Source: an uncultured Candidatus Binatia bacterium (GTDB taxonomy: Bacteria > Desulfobacterota > Binatia > UBA9968 > JAJDTQ01). Taken from it: a DNA stretch of 64,000 nucleotides. Shown here one piece after another: positions 1 through 8,876 of this stretch. Position 1 is the first letter of the stretch. Every line of letters begins with the position of its first letter. The stretch lies in contig OZ243984.1 of NCBI GenBank assembly GCA_965214905.1, positions 2,006,003-2,070,002 on the forward strand, read 5' to 3'. Below the pieces are notes generated by a model. The model had not been told where the DNA came from, searched no databases, and worked only from the letters and a program-made list of their open reading frames with translations. The position numbers were made by a program, and so were the translations under genes.

Positions 1-76
1 GTATACGAAGATCATCGAGGCGGTGGAGCAGGCCGCCGGAGAAATGAATGGGGATCCCGTACCCGAGTGCCCATGA
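1..76 (+). CDS. 3' end of a [2Fe-2S] small subunit of a molybdenum hydroxylase (CoxS/HcrC-like), partial
   Basis: Frame-2 reading YTKIIEAVEQAAGEMNGDPVPECP then TGA at 74-76. Resembles the conserved C-terminus of CoxS-family iron-sulfur subunits (..NIVKAVQ.AAG..ING). Lies directly upstream of the large subunit. Confidence 0.4.
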   Translation, partial: YTKIIEAVEQAAGEMNGDPVPECP

Positions 77-187
77 CGCCACGGGAGGCTTTATCGACCG
101 GATACCGCAACAGGGGGGACGGGGACATGGGTACGCAAGCATACAGGCCCCGAATGAATGGATGACACACGACGCGGGTGAAGCGGT

Positions 188-2563
188 ATGAAGAAGAACG
201 GTTTCTCGGTCATCGGCAAGCCGTTGCCGCGCATCGACGGTCCGGCCAAGTGCGCGGGCGACACGCGCTACGCCGACGACATGGTCATGCCGCGCATGCT
301 GTTCTGCCGGCTGCTGCGGAGCCCGCATCCCCACGCTCTGATTCACGACGTTTCCGCCCGGCGGGCGCTGGAACTGCCGGGGGTCCACGCCGTCATCACC
401 GGCGAGGACGTGCCGACGAAGTTCGGCATCATGCCGTCCACCCAGGACGAGGAGGCGCTGGCGGTGGACAAGGTCCGTTACGTCGGCGATCCGGTGGCCG
501 CGGTGGCGGCCGTCAGCGAGGATGCGGCGGAGGCGGCGCTGCGCCTGATCGACGTCGACTACGGGGTGCTCGATCCCATCCTTTCCATCGAGGGCGCCCT
601 GGAAGCCGAAGACGAGGACCACCGCATCCACACCTGGAACCGGCGCGCCAACATCCAGAAGGCGGTCTCCTTCGAGTTCGGCGAGGTCGACGCCGGCTTC
701 GAGGAAGCGGACGAGATCTTCGAGGGCGCCTACTTCTTCCAGGGCAACACGCACCTGCCCATGGAACAGTACTGCGCGCTGGCGAACTACACCGCCGACG
801 GCAAGCTCACGCTCTGGTCCTCGACCCAGACCCCGCACTACGTGCACCGCGCCCTGTCCAGGGTCCTGGACCTGCCCATGGGGCGCATCCGGGTCATCGC
901 CACCCCGGTGGGGGGCGGTTTCGGCGGCAAGAGCGATCCGTTCTCCCACGAGATCGCGGTGGCCAGGCTGGCCATGATCACCGGACGGCCGGTGAAGATC
1001 ACGCTCAACCGGGAGGAGTCGTTCTACGTGCACCGGGGGCGCCACCCGGTGAAGATGTGGATGCGCACCGGAGTCAAGCGCGACGGCACGCTGACGGCCA
1101 TGTGGTTCCGGTCCTTTCTCGACGGCGGCGGCTACAGCAGCTACGGCCTGGCTACCGTCTATTACACCGGGGCGTTGCAGACGGTGACCTACGAACTGCC
1201 GGCCTACAAGTTCGAGGGCGTGCGGGTGTTCACCAACAAGCCGCCCTGCGGCCCCAAGCGCGGCCACGGCACGCCCCAACCGCGGTTCGCCATGGAGGTG
1301 CAGCTCGACGAGATCGCGGAAAAGCTGGGGTTGGACCCGGTGGAGTTGCGGCTCAGGCAGGTCGTCGCGCCCGACACCGTGACGGTGAACGGTCTTCGGG
1401 TCAGCACCATCGGGCTGCGGGAATGCATCGAGAAGGTCGCCGACCGCTCCGGCTGGAAGGAGAAGCATCGTTCGCTGCCGTGGGGGCACGGTGTCGGCTT
1501 TGCCGCCAGCTCCTACATCAGCGGCGCGGGCCTGCCCATCTACTGGAACGACATGCCCCACTCGGGGGTCCAGATCCGCGCGGACCGGGGCGGCGGCGTC
1601 ACCGTGTTCTGCGGCTCCACGGACATCGGCCAGGGCTCCGATTCGATCCTCGCCTTTGCGGTGGCCGAAGAGCTGGGGCTTCAGCCTGAGGACATCCGGG
1701 TGTTCACCGCGGATACCGACCTGACGCCGGTGGATCTCGGAAGCTATTCGAGCCGGGTCACGGTGATGACCGGCAACGCCGCCATCCAGGCGTGCGGCAG
1801 GCTCAGGGAACGTCTGTTCGAGGTGGCCGCGGAAGTCCTGGAGGTCCCTGCCGACGACCTGGAGATGGAGGAAGGCCGGGTCCGCAGCCGCAGCCTCCCG
1901 GAACGGGGTCTCGGCTTTGCCGAGTGCGTCGAGCGGGCGGAGAGCCGGTTCGGCACGCTCGGGGCCACGGGCAGCTATCGGCCGCCCCGGCATCCGGGCG
2001 ACTACAAGGGCGCCGGGGTGGGCCCCACGCCGTCCTACAGCTACTCCGCCGCGGTGGTGGAGCTCCACTGTGACGGCGACACCGGCGAGCTCCGCATCGA
2101 CAAGGTATGGATCGCCCACGACTGCGGCCGCGCCTTCAACCCGCTGTGGGTCCGGGGACAGGTGGAGGGAAGCGTGTACATGGCCCTGGGGGAGGTGTTG
2201 ATGGAGGAGCAGGTGTTCCGGAAGTCGGGTGTGCACAAGATCCCGTCGATTCTCGAGTACAAGAGCCCCACCACCCTGGAGACGCCGCCCATCGAGACCA
2301 TCCTGGTGGAGACCGACGACCCCGAAGGTCCGTTCGGCGCCAAGGAGGCCGGCCAGGGACCGTTGCTGCCGGTGATTCCGGCGGTGTCCAATGCCGTCTA
2401 CGATGCCGTGGGCGTGCGGATTCACGAGATACCCGTGACCCCGGACAAGATCCTGCGGGCGCTGGACCAACGGCTCAAGGCGCCCACGGTGCCGGACTTC
2501 GCCTTCCCCACGCCCATCCGCTGGGCGCCGGGCCAGGGGGTCGAGGTGCCGCAGAAGAGCTGA
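188..2563 (+). CDS. Molybdopterin-binding large subunit of an xanthine dehydrogenase / CO dehydrogenase / 4-hydroxybenzoyl-CoA reductase family enzyme (791 aa)
   Basis: N-terminus GKPLPRIDGPAKCAGDTRYADD and the overall length are typical of the aldehyde oxidase/XDH a/b hammerhead plus MoCo-binding domains. Followed by an FAD subunit. Confidence 0.85.
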   Translation: MKKNGFSVIGKPLPRIDGPAKCAGDTRYADDMVMPRMLFCRLLRSPHPHALIHDVSARRALELPGVHAVITGEDVPTKFGIMPSTQDEEALAVDKVRYVGDPVAAVAAVSEDAAEAALRLIDVDYGVLDPILSIEGALEAEDEDHRIHTWNRRANIQKAVSFEFGEVDAGFEEADEIFEGAYFFQGNTHLPMEQYCALANYTADGKLTLWSSTQTPHYVHRALSRVLDLPMGRIRVIATPVGGGFGGKSDPFSHEIAVARLAMITGRPVKITLNREESFYVHRGRHPVKMWMRTGVKRDGTLTAMWFRSFLDGGGYSSYGLATVYYTGALQTVTYELPAYKFEGVRVFTNKPPCGPKRGHGTPQPRFAMEVQLDEIAEKLGLDPVELRLRQVVAPDTVTVNGLRVSTIGLRECIEKVADRSGWKEKHRSLPWGHGVGFAASSYISGAGLPIYWNDMPHSGVQIRADRGGGVTVFCGSTDIGQGSDSILAFAVAEELGLQPEDIRVFTADTDLTPVDLGSYSSRVTVMTGNAAIQACGRLRERLFEVAAEVLEVPADDLEMEEGRVRSRSLPERGLGFAECVERAESRFGTLGATGSYRPPRHPGDYKGAGVGPTPSYSYSAAVVELHCDGDTGELRIDKVWIAHDCGRAFNPLWVRGQVEGSVYMALGEVLMEEQVFRKSGVHKIPSILEYKSPTTLETPPIETILVETDDPEGPFGAKEAGQGPLLPVIPAVSNAVYDAVGVRIHEIPVTPDKILRALDQRLKAPTVPDFAFPTPIRWAPGQGVEVPQKS

Positions 2564-2637
2564 AGCGATGCCTAGGAGTTCAGGTATTTCCGGCCGGGAA
2601 CGGGGGATTCCCGGTCTCCGCGGGTCGAGGGCGGTCC

Positions 2638-3630
2638 ATGTTACGTTTGCCTGATTTCACCTATCTCAGGCCCGGCACCCTGGCGGAGGCCTCCGGCGCT
2701 TTGCGGGATCTGGGCCCGGAGGCCATGGCCGTGGCCGGCGGCACCGACGTCTATCCCAAGATGAAGCGGGGGCAGTTCACGCCGCGCTACCTGGTTTCGC
2801 TGGGCCGCATCGAAGAGCACCGGGGCATCCGCCGGGAGCAGGGACGCGGGCTGTGGATCGGCGCCGGCGAAACCCTGAGCGCCGTGGCCGGCCATGAGAC
2901 GGTACGCCGTGCCTTTCCTGCGCTGGCCGCGGCCGCGGGCCTGGTGTCGACGCTTCAGCTTCGCAACGCCGGCACCCTCGGCGGCAACCTGTTCGTGGAC
3001 ACCCGCTGCAACTACTACGACCAGTCGTTCTTCTGGCGCCAGGCGGTGGGCTTCTGCCTCAAGAAGGACGGGGACATCTGTCTGGTGGCGCCCAAGAGCC
3101 GCGTCTGTCTTGCCATCTGCTCCTCGGATACCGCGCCGGTGCTTAGCAGTCTGGGCGCGGAGGCCGTTCTGGTCAGCGCCGAGGGCAGCCGGCAGGTTCC
3201 CGTGGACACCCTGTACCGCGACGACGGCATCGACTACCTCGTCAAACGGCCCGAGGAACTGCTGCGGGGCGTGTGGATCCCGGAGGTGTCCTTCGGGTGG
3301 TGCAACGTCTACCTCAAGCTGCGCCGCAGGGGCTCCTTCGACTTCCCCGTGCTGGGGGTGGCTGCGGCCCTGCGGATGGGCCCGTCGGGGACCTGCGAGG
3401 CCGCCAGGATCGTTCTCACCGCGGTGGCGTCGGCTCCGAAAGTGGTGGAGGATGCGCCGCGGGTCCTGTGCGGCAAGCCCGTGGATACCGCATCCATCGA
3501 GGAAGCCGCGGAACTGGCCATGCGCGTGTCCCATCCGCTGGACAATGCGGACATGGACTACTGGTATCGCAAACGCATGACCCGCGTGTATGTCACGCGG
3601 GCACTGCGGCAACTGGCGGCCGCAAAATGA
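2638..3630 (+). CDS. FAD-binding medium subunit (CoxM/HcrB-like) with 4-Cys insertion loop (330 aa)
   Basis: AVAGGTDV FAD-binding (molybdopterin dehydrogenase) signature. ATG at 2638 is internal to the long six-frame ORF 2107..3630. Insertion TRC-x15-C-x7-C-x8-C spans 3007-3120. Confidence 0.8.
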   Translation: MLRLPDFTYLRPGTLAEASGALRDLGPEAMAVAGGTDVYPKMKRGQFTPRYLVSLGRIEEHRGIRREQGRGLWIGAGETLSAVAGHETVRRAFPALAAAAGLVSTLQLRNAGTLGGNLFVDTRCNYYDQSFFWRQAVGFCLKKDGDICLVAPKSRVCLAICSSDTAPVLSSLGAEAVLVSAEGSRQVPVDTLYRDDGIDYLVKRPEELLRGVWIPEVSFGWCNVYLKLRRRGSFDFPVLGVAAALRMGPSGTCEAARIVLTAVASAPKVVEDAPRVLCGKPVDTASIEEAAELAMRVSHPLDNADMDYWYRKRMTRVYVTRALRQLAAAK

Positions 3631-3713
3631 ACGGGTATGTGCCTATGAACGGGAAATGTGCATACCGGCTCCATCGGCAATGATGGATTCCGGGGTCCGG
3701 GAAAGGAAAAACC

Positions 3714-5204
3714 ATGGCCGTACCCGCTGAACTGGAAGCGAGGCTGAAGAGCCTGGAGAACCACCTGCGTACGGAGAACCCCATTCTCCTGAACGCGGTT
3801 CAGAGTTTCCGCAAGCTGGATGCCATCTCGCGGCGGTTGGGATTCCTGGGCGTTGACGAGTCCCACGCAACGCGCATCCCGTGGTGGCCGCTGGTCGCCG
3901 TCCTGGGGACTTATTCGTCGGGCAAGTCCACGTTCATCAACGATTTCCTGGCGCAGCCGGTGCAGCCCACTGGAAACCAGGCGGTGGATGACCGGTTCAC
4001 GGTGTTGTGCTTCGGGAAGGAGGATGACGTTCGCGTGCTTCCGGGGGTCGCCCTGGATGCCGACCCGCGCTTTCCGTTCTACAAGATGAGCCGGGCCATC
4101 GAGGAGATCGCCGCCGGCGAGGGCAGCCGCATCGATGCCTACCTGCGTCTCAAGACCTGCGCCAGCGAGGCCCTCCGAGGCAAGATCTTCATCGACTCGC
4201 CCGGCTTCGACGCGGACCAGCAACGGACCGCCACGTTGCGGGTCACGGACCGCATCATCGACCTGTCGGATCTGGTGCTGGTGTTCTTCGACGCCAGGCA
4301 TCCCGAGCCCGGCACCATGCAGGATACCCTCCAGCATCTGGTGGCGGAGACCATCGGCCGGACCGACTCCAGCAAGTTTCTCTACGTGTTGAACCAGATG
4401 GACCACACGGCCCGGGAGAACAACCCGGAGGACATAGTGGGCTCGTGGCAGCGGGCGCTGGCGCAGAAGGGACTCACCGCCGGGCGCTTCTATTGCATCT
4501 ACAGCCCCGGGGCGGCCATCGCCATCGAGGACGATGGTCTGCGCGCCCGCTTCGAGCAGAAGCGCGACTTCGACCTGGCCGAGATCCACGGACGGATCCG
4601 GCAGGTGGAAGTGGATCGGGCGTACCGCGTCATGGGGGTTCTCGAGCGAAGCGCCCGCGATATCGAGTTGCGGCTGGCGCCGCGCCTGCAGGAAATGATC
4701 ACGGAATGGCGCCGCCGGGTCCGCTGGCTGGACGGCATCGCTTTCGGCGTGATCTTCGTCGCCGTCCTGCTGTGGACCGTGTGGACCGGTGAATGGATCG
4801 GCATACAGCTCACGCATCCGTTCTGGTCCGCGCTGGCGGGATCGCCGGTATGGCGGTACGTTGCGCTGGCGGTGACCGCGCTGGCGGCGGGCTATATCCA
4901 CCACTCCTTCCGGCGGCTGGTGGCCAACCGGGTGCTGAAAGGGCTCCGGCGGGAACTGGGAGGCGCCCGCGACACCGAGGCGCTGGATGCCCTGACGGCC
5001 GGTTTTCGCAAGAACACGCGCCTCTTCCGGAGGGTGTTCACGGTCCGTCCGTCCGGCTGGAACGAGAGCACTCGCAGGCAACTCTCTCAGGTGATCACCG
5101 AAGCCAACGGCTACGTCCAGGCCCTCAACGATCGGTTCGCCAACCCCGGCGGAACCACCGACGCGCCGCCGGTAGACGATCCTCCCGCCGAACTTTCAGC
5201 TTGA
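3714..5204 (+). CDS. Bacterial dynamin-like GTPase with C-terminal transmembrane hairpin (496 aa)
   Basis: G1 GTYSSGKSTFIN, G3 DSPGFD and G4 NQMD motifs. Two hydrophobic helices (IAFGVIFVAVLLWTVW.. / WRYVALAVTALAAGYI) near the C-terminus. Confidence 0.7.
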   Translation: MAVPAELEARLKSLENHLRTENPILLNAVQSFRKLDAISRRLGFLGVDESHATRIPWWPLVAVLGTYSSGKSTFINDFLAQPVQPTGNQAVDDRFTVLCFGKEDDVRVLPGVALDADPRFPFYKMSRAIEEIAAGEGSRIDAYLRLKTCASEALRGKIFIDSPGFDADQQRTATLRVTDRIIDLSDLVLVFFDARHPEPGTMQDTLQHLVAETIGRTDSSKFLYVLNQMDHTARENNPEDIVGSWQRALAQKGLTAGRFYCIYSPGAAIAIEDDGLRARFEQKRDFDLAEIHGRIRQVEVDRAYRVMGVLERSARDIELRLAPRLQEMITEWRRRVRWLDGIAFGVIFVAVLLWTVWTGEWIGIQLTHPFWSALAGSPVWRYVALAVTALAAGYIHHSFRRLVANRVLKGLRRELGGARDTEALDALTAGFRKNTRLFRRVFTVRPSGWNESTRRQLSQVITEANGYVQALNDRFANPGGTTDAPPVDDPPAELSA

Positions 5205-5375
5205 TGCTGCAACAGGCTGCCAGGCGCCTGCATCGGCCGGACGCGCGATGCAGGGGCGGCTTTCAAACCCGCCCCTGCCCCGTTTATCCCGATTCCATGG
5301 CGCAGGCTGCCAGGGAAGGTCTGAACAAGTTGTTGCTTCTGTTATCCTGAGTAGTCAGGAAGGAGGGGAGGCACC

Positions 5376-5795
5376 ATGACGGAGTTCGAAGCCGCAACGC
5401 TCGCCATTCAGCAGGCCAGCCTCGAGCTACAGCAGGGCAGTCTCGCCATCCAGCAGGGCCAGTTGTGGGCCGCCATCGCTATTCCGGTGGTGTCGGGCCT
5501 CGTGGGCTTCGGCCAATGCTGGCTTATCTGGTTTGGTCTTCGCCGCATGGGCCAAGCCGCGGACCAGCGTGAGAAGCGCGAAGACCAACGGGCCGCCCGC
5601 GACGAAGCCCGCCACGCCGAAAACATGGAGGCGCTCCGGCAGCAGGGCCAAGCGCTCGATCAACAGGGCCAGGCGCTCCGACAGCAGGGCCAGGCGCTCG
5701 ATCAACAGGGCCAGGCGCTCCAGGCGTTGGTCCGGGGCCTTGAACGCCAAGGGGCCACGCTCGAAGCGGCCTTGAAGGAAAGGGTCCGGGCCTAG
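5376..5795 (+). CDS. Small membrane protein with QQGQAL(D/R) heptad repeats (139 aa), hypothetical
   Basis: One predicted TM helix (AAIAIPVVSGLVGFGQCWLIWFGL). Charged linker followed by four tandem heptads encoded by a 21-bp DNA tandem repeat. Confidence 0.5.
   Translation: MTEFEAATLAIQQASLELQQGSLAIQQGQLWAAIAIPVVSGLVGFGQCWLIWFGLRRMGQAADQREKREDQRAARDEARHAENMEALRQQGQALDQQGQALRQQGQALDQQGQALQALVRGLERQGATLEAALKERVRA
5641..5724 (+). repeat. 4 x 21-bp in-frame tandem repeat (cagcagggccaggcgctcgat-like)
   Basis: Directly visible: cagcagggccaagcgctcgat / caacagggccaggcgctccga / cagcagggccaggcgctcgat / caacagggccaggcgctccag. Confidence 0.8.
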
Positions 5796-5853
5796 AGTCG
5801 CGTTTCATATTTGCGATGACTCATCACCGAGCCATTTTGACAGCCCTTCCGAC

Positions 5854-5892
5854 ACCCTCTCCCTCTGGGAGAGGGTTGGGGTGAGGGTCCCC
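5854..5892. repeat. Family C palindromic repeat (ccctctccc-tct-gggagaggg core)
   Basis: Inverted repeat CCCTCTCCC/GGGAGAGGG. Related copies at 5945-5990, 25653-25696 and 36961-37016. Confidence 0.6.
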
Positions 5893-5944
5893 CGTGTGCG
5901 CGCAGCCCGTTGGGAGCGACCGGCAGGGCAGGTTTGTTCGGGGC

Positions 5945-5990
5945 GCCCTCACCCGGCCTTCGGCCACCCTCTCCCGGAGGGAGAGGGGAG
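5945..5990. repeat. Family C dispersed repeat copy (ccctcacccggccttcggccaccctctcccggagggagagggg)
   Basis: About 46 bp, nearly identical to the copy at 25653-25696. Confidence 0.65.
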
Positions 5991-6067
5991 TTATTCATCG
6001 CCGACCACTTCTTGCGGGAACGGGGTGAAGATATGGGACAGGGTCGACACATTTACGGAACGCAACA

Positions 6068-6763
6068 CTAGCCAAGTGTTTCCGGAGCGGTTGCCAGCGA
6101 CGGCTGTTCGGGCGGCGCCGAGCGTTCCGGGCGGTTGAATTCCCTGCCCACGATGCCGGACGAGACGATGAACTTGAACGCTTCCTCCACGTTGTAGTCG
6201 GTCTCGATGACCTCCTCCTCCGGAACCAGGACGAGAAAGCCGGAGGTGGGGTTGGGGGTAGTGGGCACGAAGACGGACAGCAGCGTGTCCGACGAGGAGA
6301 TGTTGAAGGCGTCGGCTCTGCGGGTCGCCACCAGCCCCATCATCCACACGCCCTTTCTGGGGTACTCCAGCAGTACCACCCGCTGGAAGCTTCGATGGGG
6401 GCCGTGGAGGGTCTCCACCACCTGCTTTACGGCGCCGTAGATGCTGCTCACCAGCGGCAGACGCATGACCACCTGGTTGACCGTTGCCAGGATGCGCCGG
6501 CCGACGATGTTGGTGCCGAAGATCCCCATGAAGAAGATCAGCATCAGCGCCAGGAGCAGGTTGATGAACGGGACCAGCGGCGTCAGCCATCGGAGGTCAT
6601 CCAGGTTGAAGAAAGACAGAACGCCCAGGAGGATGGGGGCGCCGGCGCTGTGGAGCAGGTTGAACAGGAACGCGATGAGGATATAGGTGACGAACAGCGG
6701 GATCAGGATCAGGAATCCCGTGATCATCGTATTCCGTACAAAGTGAGGCTTCCTGGCTTGCAT
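6068..6763 (-). CDS. DUF502-family integral membrane protein
   Basis: Two N-terminal TM helices and the conserved YGAVKQVVETL/VVLLEYPR region typical of DUF502 (COG2928). Start chosen at internal Met (MQARKPHF); 6727 or 6844 are alternatives. Confidence 0.55.
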   Translation of the reverse strand: MQARKPHFVRNTMITGFLILIPLFVTYILIAFLFNLLHSAGAPILLGVLSFFNLDDLRWLTPLVPFINLLLALMLIFFMGIFGTNIVGRRILATVNQVVMRLPLVSSIYGAVKQVVETLHGPHRSFQRVVLLEYPRKGVWMMGLVATRRADAFNISSSDTLLSVFVPTTPNPTSGFLVLVPEEEVIETDYNVEEAFKFIVSSGIVGREFNRPERSAPPEQPSLATAPETLG

Positions 6764-6908
6764 GGCTGGATGAGTCGGAGGATACGTGAACCCTCCATCC
6801 CTGGCAAGGGATCGTCGGCTCGCCCTGTTGACATCCGGTTCCAACTCATTCTAAAGTCTGCCGAATTGTTGCCGGTTCAGCTGGTTTCACAGCACAGGAA
6901 GGGATGCC

Positions 6909-8387
6909 TTGACGTTCTTGAACGATATCACCGACGCTTTGGAATTTCCCCCGCCGCCCGAAGCCGGCAACGGCCGGAACGAGACCGTTACCGGCCTGGA
7001 AGAACACCGGCCGGCGGGATCGTTCGACCTTGCCGACTACGAGGCGGTCATCGGCAGGTCGCAGGTGGACGATCTCAAGCGTCTGGCGGAGCCGTTGACC
7101 GGCCACGGCTGGGTGAATGTCAATTCCACGGCTGTGGGCGGCGGAGTGGCCGAGATGCTCTCCAGCGTCGTTCCTTTCGCCCGGCTGTTGGGCGTCGATG
7201 CCCGGTGGTGCACCATCCGCGGCAACCGCGAGTTCTTCCAGGTCACCAAGAAGTTCCACAACCTTCTCCAGGGAGCAGGCTCGCCCATTTCCCTTGAAGA
7301 GATCTTCGGCGCCTACCTCGACACTATCGACGAGAACGCCTGCAACACCTTCATCGCCGCGGATCTCACCGTCATCCATGATCCGCAACCCGCAGCCATG
7401 ATCATGAACGCGCCGATTCTCGGCAACGTGATCTGGCGTTGTCATATCGATACGTCAGCTCCGGACAAGACCGTCTGGCGGTTCCTGTTGCCGTATATCA
7501 ACCACTGCGACGGAGCGGTCTTCACCATGCGCGAGTTCGTGGGCCCGGGGCTCAAGATTCCGGTGTACGAGATCATGCCCTGCATCGACCCCCTGGCGGA
7601 GAAGAATCGACATTACACCCGGACGGAAGCATTGGATGTGCTGGCTCCGTTGTTCAAGGCGCACGATGTGGATCCCGAACGGCCCATATTCGCGGCCATC
7701 TCCCGTTACGACCGCCACAAGAACCAGGGCACGATACTGAAGGCATTCCAACGCTTGTGCGAGGCGCGGTGCTGGGACCCGAAGCCCTACCTCGTGTTCA
7801 TCGGGAATACCGCCTCCGACGACCCCGAAGGCGACGAAGTGTTGAAGGAGCTGGAGCAACAGGCCGACGGCCACCCGGATGTCCGGTTCTGTGTCAACGT
7901 GGAGGACAACGACCGGGTCGTGGGCGCGTTGATGCGCATCGCACGGGGCTTCGTCCACGTGTCGACCCGGGAAGGATTCGGGCTGGTCGTGACCGAAGCC
8001 CTTTGGCAGGGCACTCCGGTCATCGGGTCCCGGGCCGGCGGCATCAAGCGGCAGATCATCGACGGCGTGACGGGATACCTGGCCGATCCGCTGGACATCG
8101 ACGCCATCGCTTCGCACATGGCGACGGTGCTGGATGATCGTGACGCGGCGGCTGCTCTGGGCCGGCAAGGGCGGGAGCACGTTCGCCGAAACTTCCTTTT
8201 GCCGGAGTTGCTCAAGCGGTACCTGATCCTCATGAGGTACCACTCCCGAATCAGCTCGGAGTTACCCTCGTTCAGGCACGACGATCTGACCCATAGCGAT
8301 ATCATTCACACATTCCGCCGGCCCCATCCACGGCTGCCCGACTGGCGTGGTTCCGCCGATGGGGCGCAGGAGGCCGATATGCGTTGA
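6909..8387 (+). CDS. GT4-family glycosyltransferase, trehalose synthase (TreT)-like (492 aa)
   Basis: N-terminal DYEAVIGRSQVDDLKRLAEPL..VNVNSTAVGGGVAEMLSSVVPF..FFQVTKKFHNLLQG block resembles TreT-type trehalose glycosyltransferring synthases. C-terminal GT1/GT4 fold (EGFGLVVTEALWQGTPVIGS). Confidence 0.6.
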   Translation: MTFLNDITDALEFPPPPEAGNGRNETVTGLEEHRPAGSFDLADYEAVIGRSQVDDLKRLAEPLTGHGWVNVNSTAVGGGVAEMLSSVVPFARLLGVDARWCTIRGNREFFQVTKKFHNLLQGAGSPISLEEIFGAYLDTIDENACNTFIAADLTVIHDPQPAAMIMNAPILGNVIWRCHIDTSAPDKTVWRFLLPYINHCDGAVFTMREFVGPGLKIPVYEIMPCIDPLAEKNRHYTRTEALDVLAPLFKAHDVDPERPIFAAISRYDRHKNQGTILKAFQRLCEARCWDPKPYLVFIGNTASDDPEGDEVLKELEQQADGHPDVRFCVNVEDNDRVVGALMRIARGFVHVSTREGFGLVVTEALWQGTPVIGSRAGGIKRQIIDGVTGYLADPLDIDAIASHMATVLDDRDAAAALGRQGREHVRRNFLLPELLKRYLILMRYHSRISSELPSFRHDDLTHSDIIHTFRRPHPRLPDWRGSADGAQEADMR

Positions 8388-8485
8388 TTTTTCCTAACAA
8401 CTCCGTGAAGCTTGCTTATATTATCGTCTCCTTATCGTCTATTGATCATTCCGGTTTTGCGCCCGTGGGCGCGGAAGGGAGAGGC

Positions 8486-8794
8486 ATGGCGGCAACCAAG
8501 ATGACTCAAGCCCAGATCGTGGCGGACTTGGCAGCCAAGTGCGACCTCAACAAACGCGTTGCGAAAGATTTTCTGGACAACTTGGCAGCCCTCGCCGTCA
8601 AGGAGGTGAAGAGGAAGGGGGTTTTCATCGTACCGGGCATTGGCCGACTGGTGAAAACCAACAGGAAAGCCCGCATGGGGCGCAATCCCGCCACCGGGGA
8701 GGCCATCAAGATACCGGCAAAAAGAGTCGTCAAGTTTCGCATTGCAAAGGCCTGCAAGGACGCCATCGTCCCGCCCAAAAAACCCCGAACGTGA
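8486..8794 (+). CDS. HU/IHF-family nucleoid-associated DNA-binding protein (102 aa)
   Basis: MTQAQIVADLAAKCDLNKRVAKDFLD..GIGRLVKTNRKARMGRNPATGEAIKIPAKRVVKFRIAK is classic HU/IHF beta-arm sequence. Has a Lys/Pro C-terminal tail. Confidence 0.8.
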   Translation: MAATKMTQAQIVADLAAKCDLNKRVAKDFLDNLAALAVKEVKRKGVFIVPGIGRLVKTNRKARMGRNPATGEAIKIPAKRVVKFRIAKACKDAIVPPKKPRT

Positions 8795-8876
8795 AGCGCG
8801 CAGGGTCGGAGGCCATGAGAGCAGCGGCCTCCGGCCACCACCCTGACAGCCTGTCGGGCTTGACATAGGCTCGGAA

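Noticed and set aside
178-1689. 503-aa alternate-frame ORF inside the Mo-hydroxylase large subunit
   Set aside because: Overlaps a well-supported CDS; RG-rich junk translation.
5641-5724. Possible CRISPR array (regular short repeats)
   Set aside because: Units are contiguous 21-bp in-frame tandem repeats without spacers, inside a CDS. The 57385-57410 tandem motif is only two copies. No CRISPR array or cas genes anywhere in the window.
5792-6052. 86-aa ORF (- strand) with PSPQPSPRGRG motif
   Set aside because: Translation of Family C repeats in the intergenic gap; not a gene.
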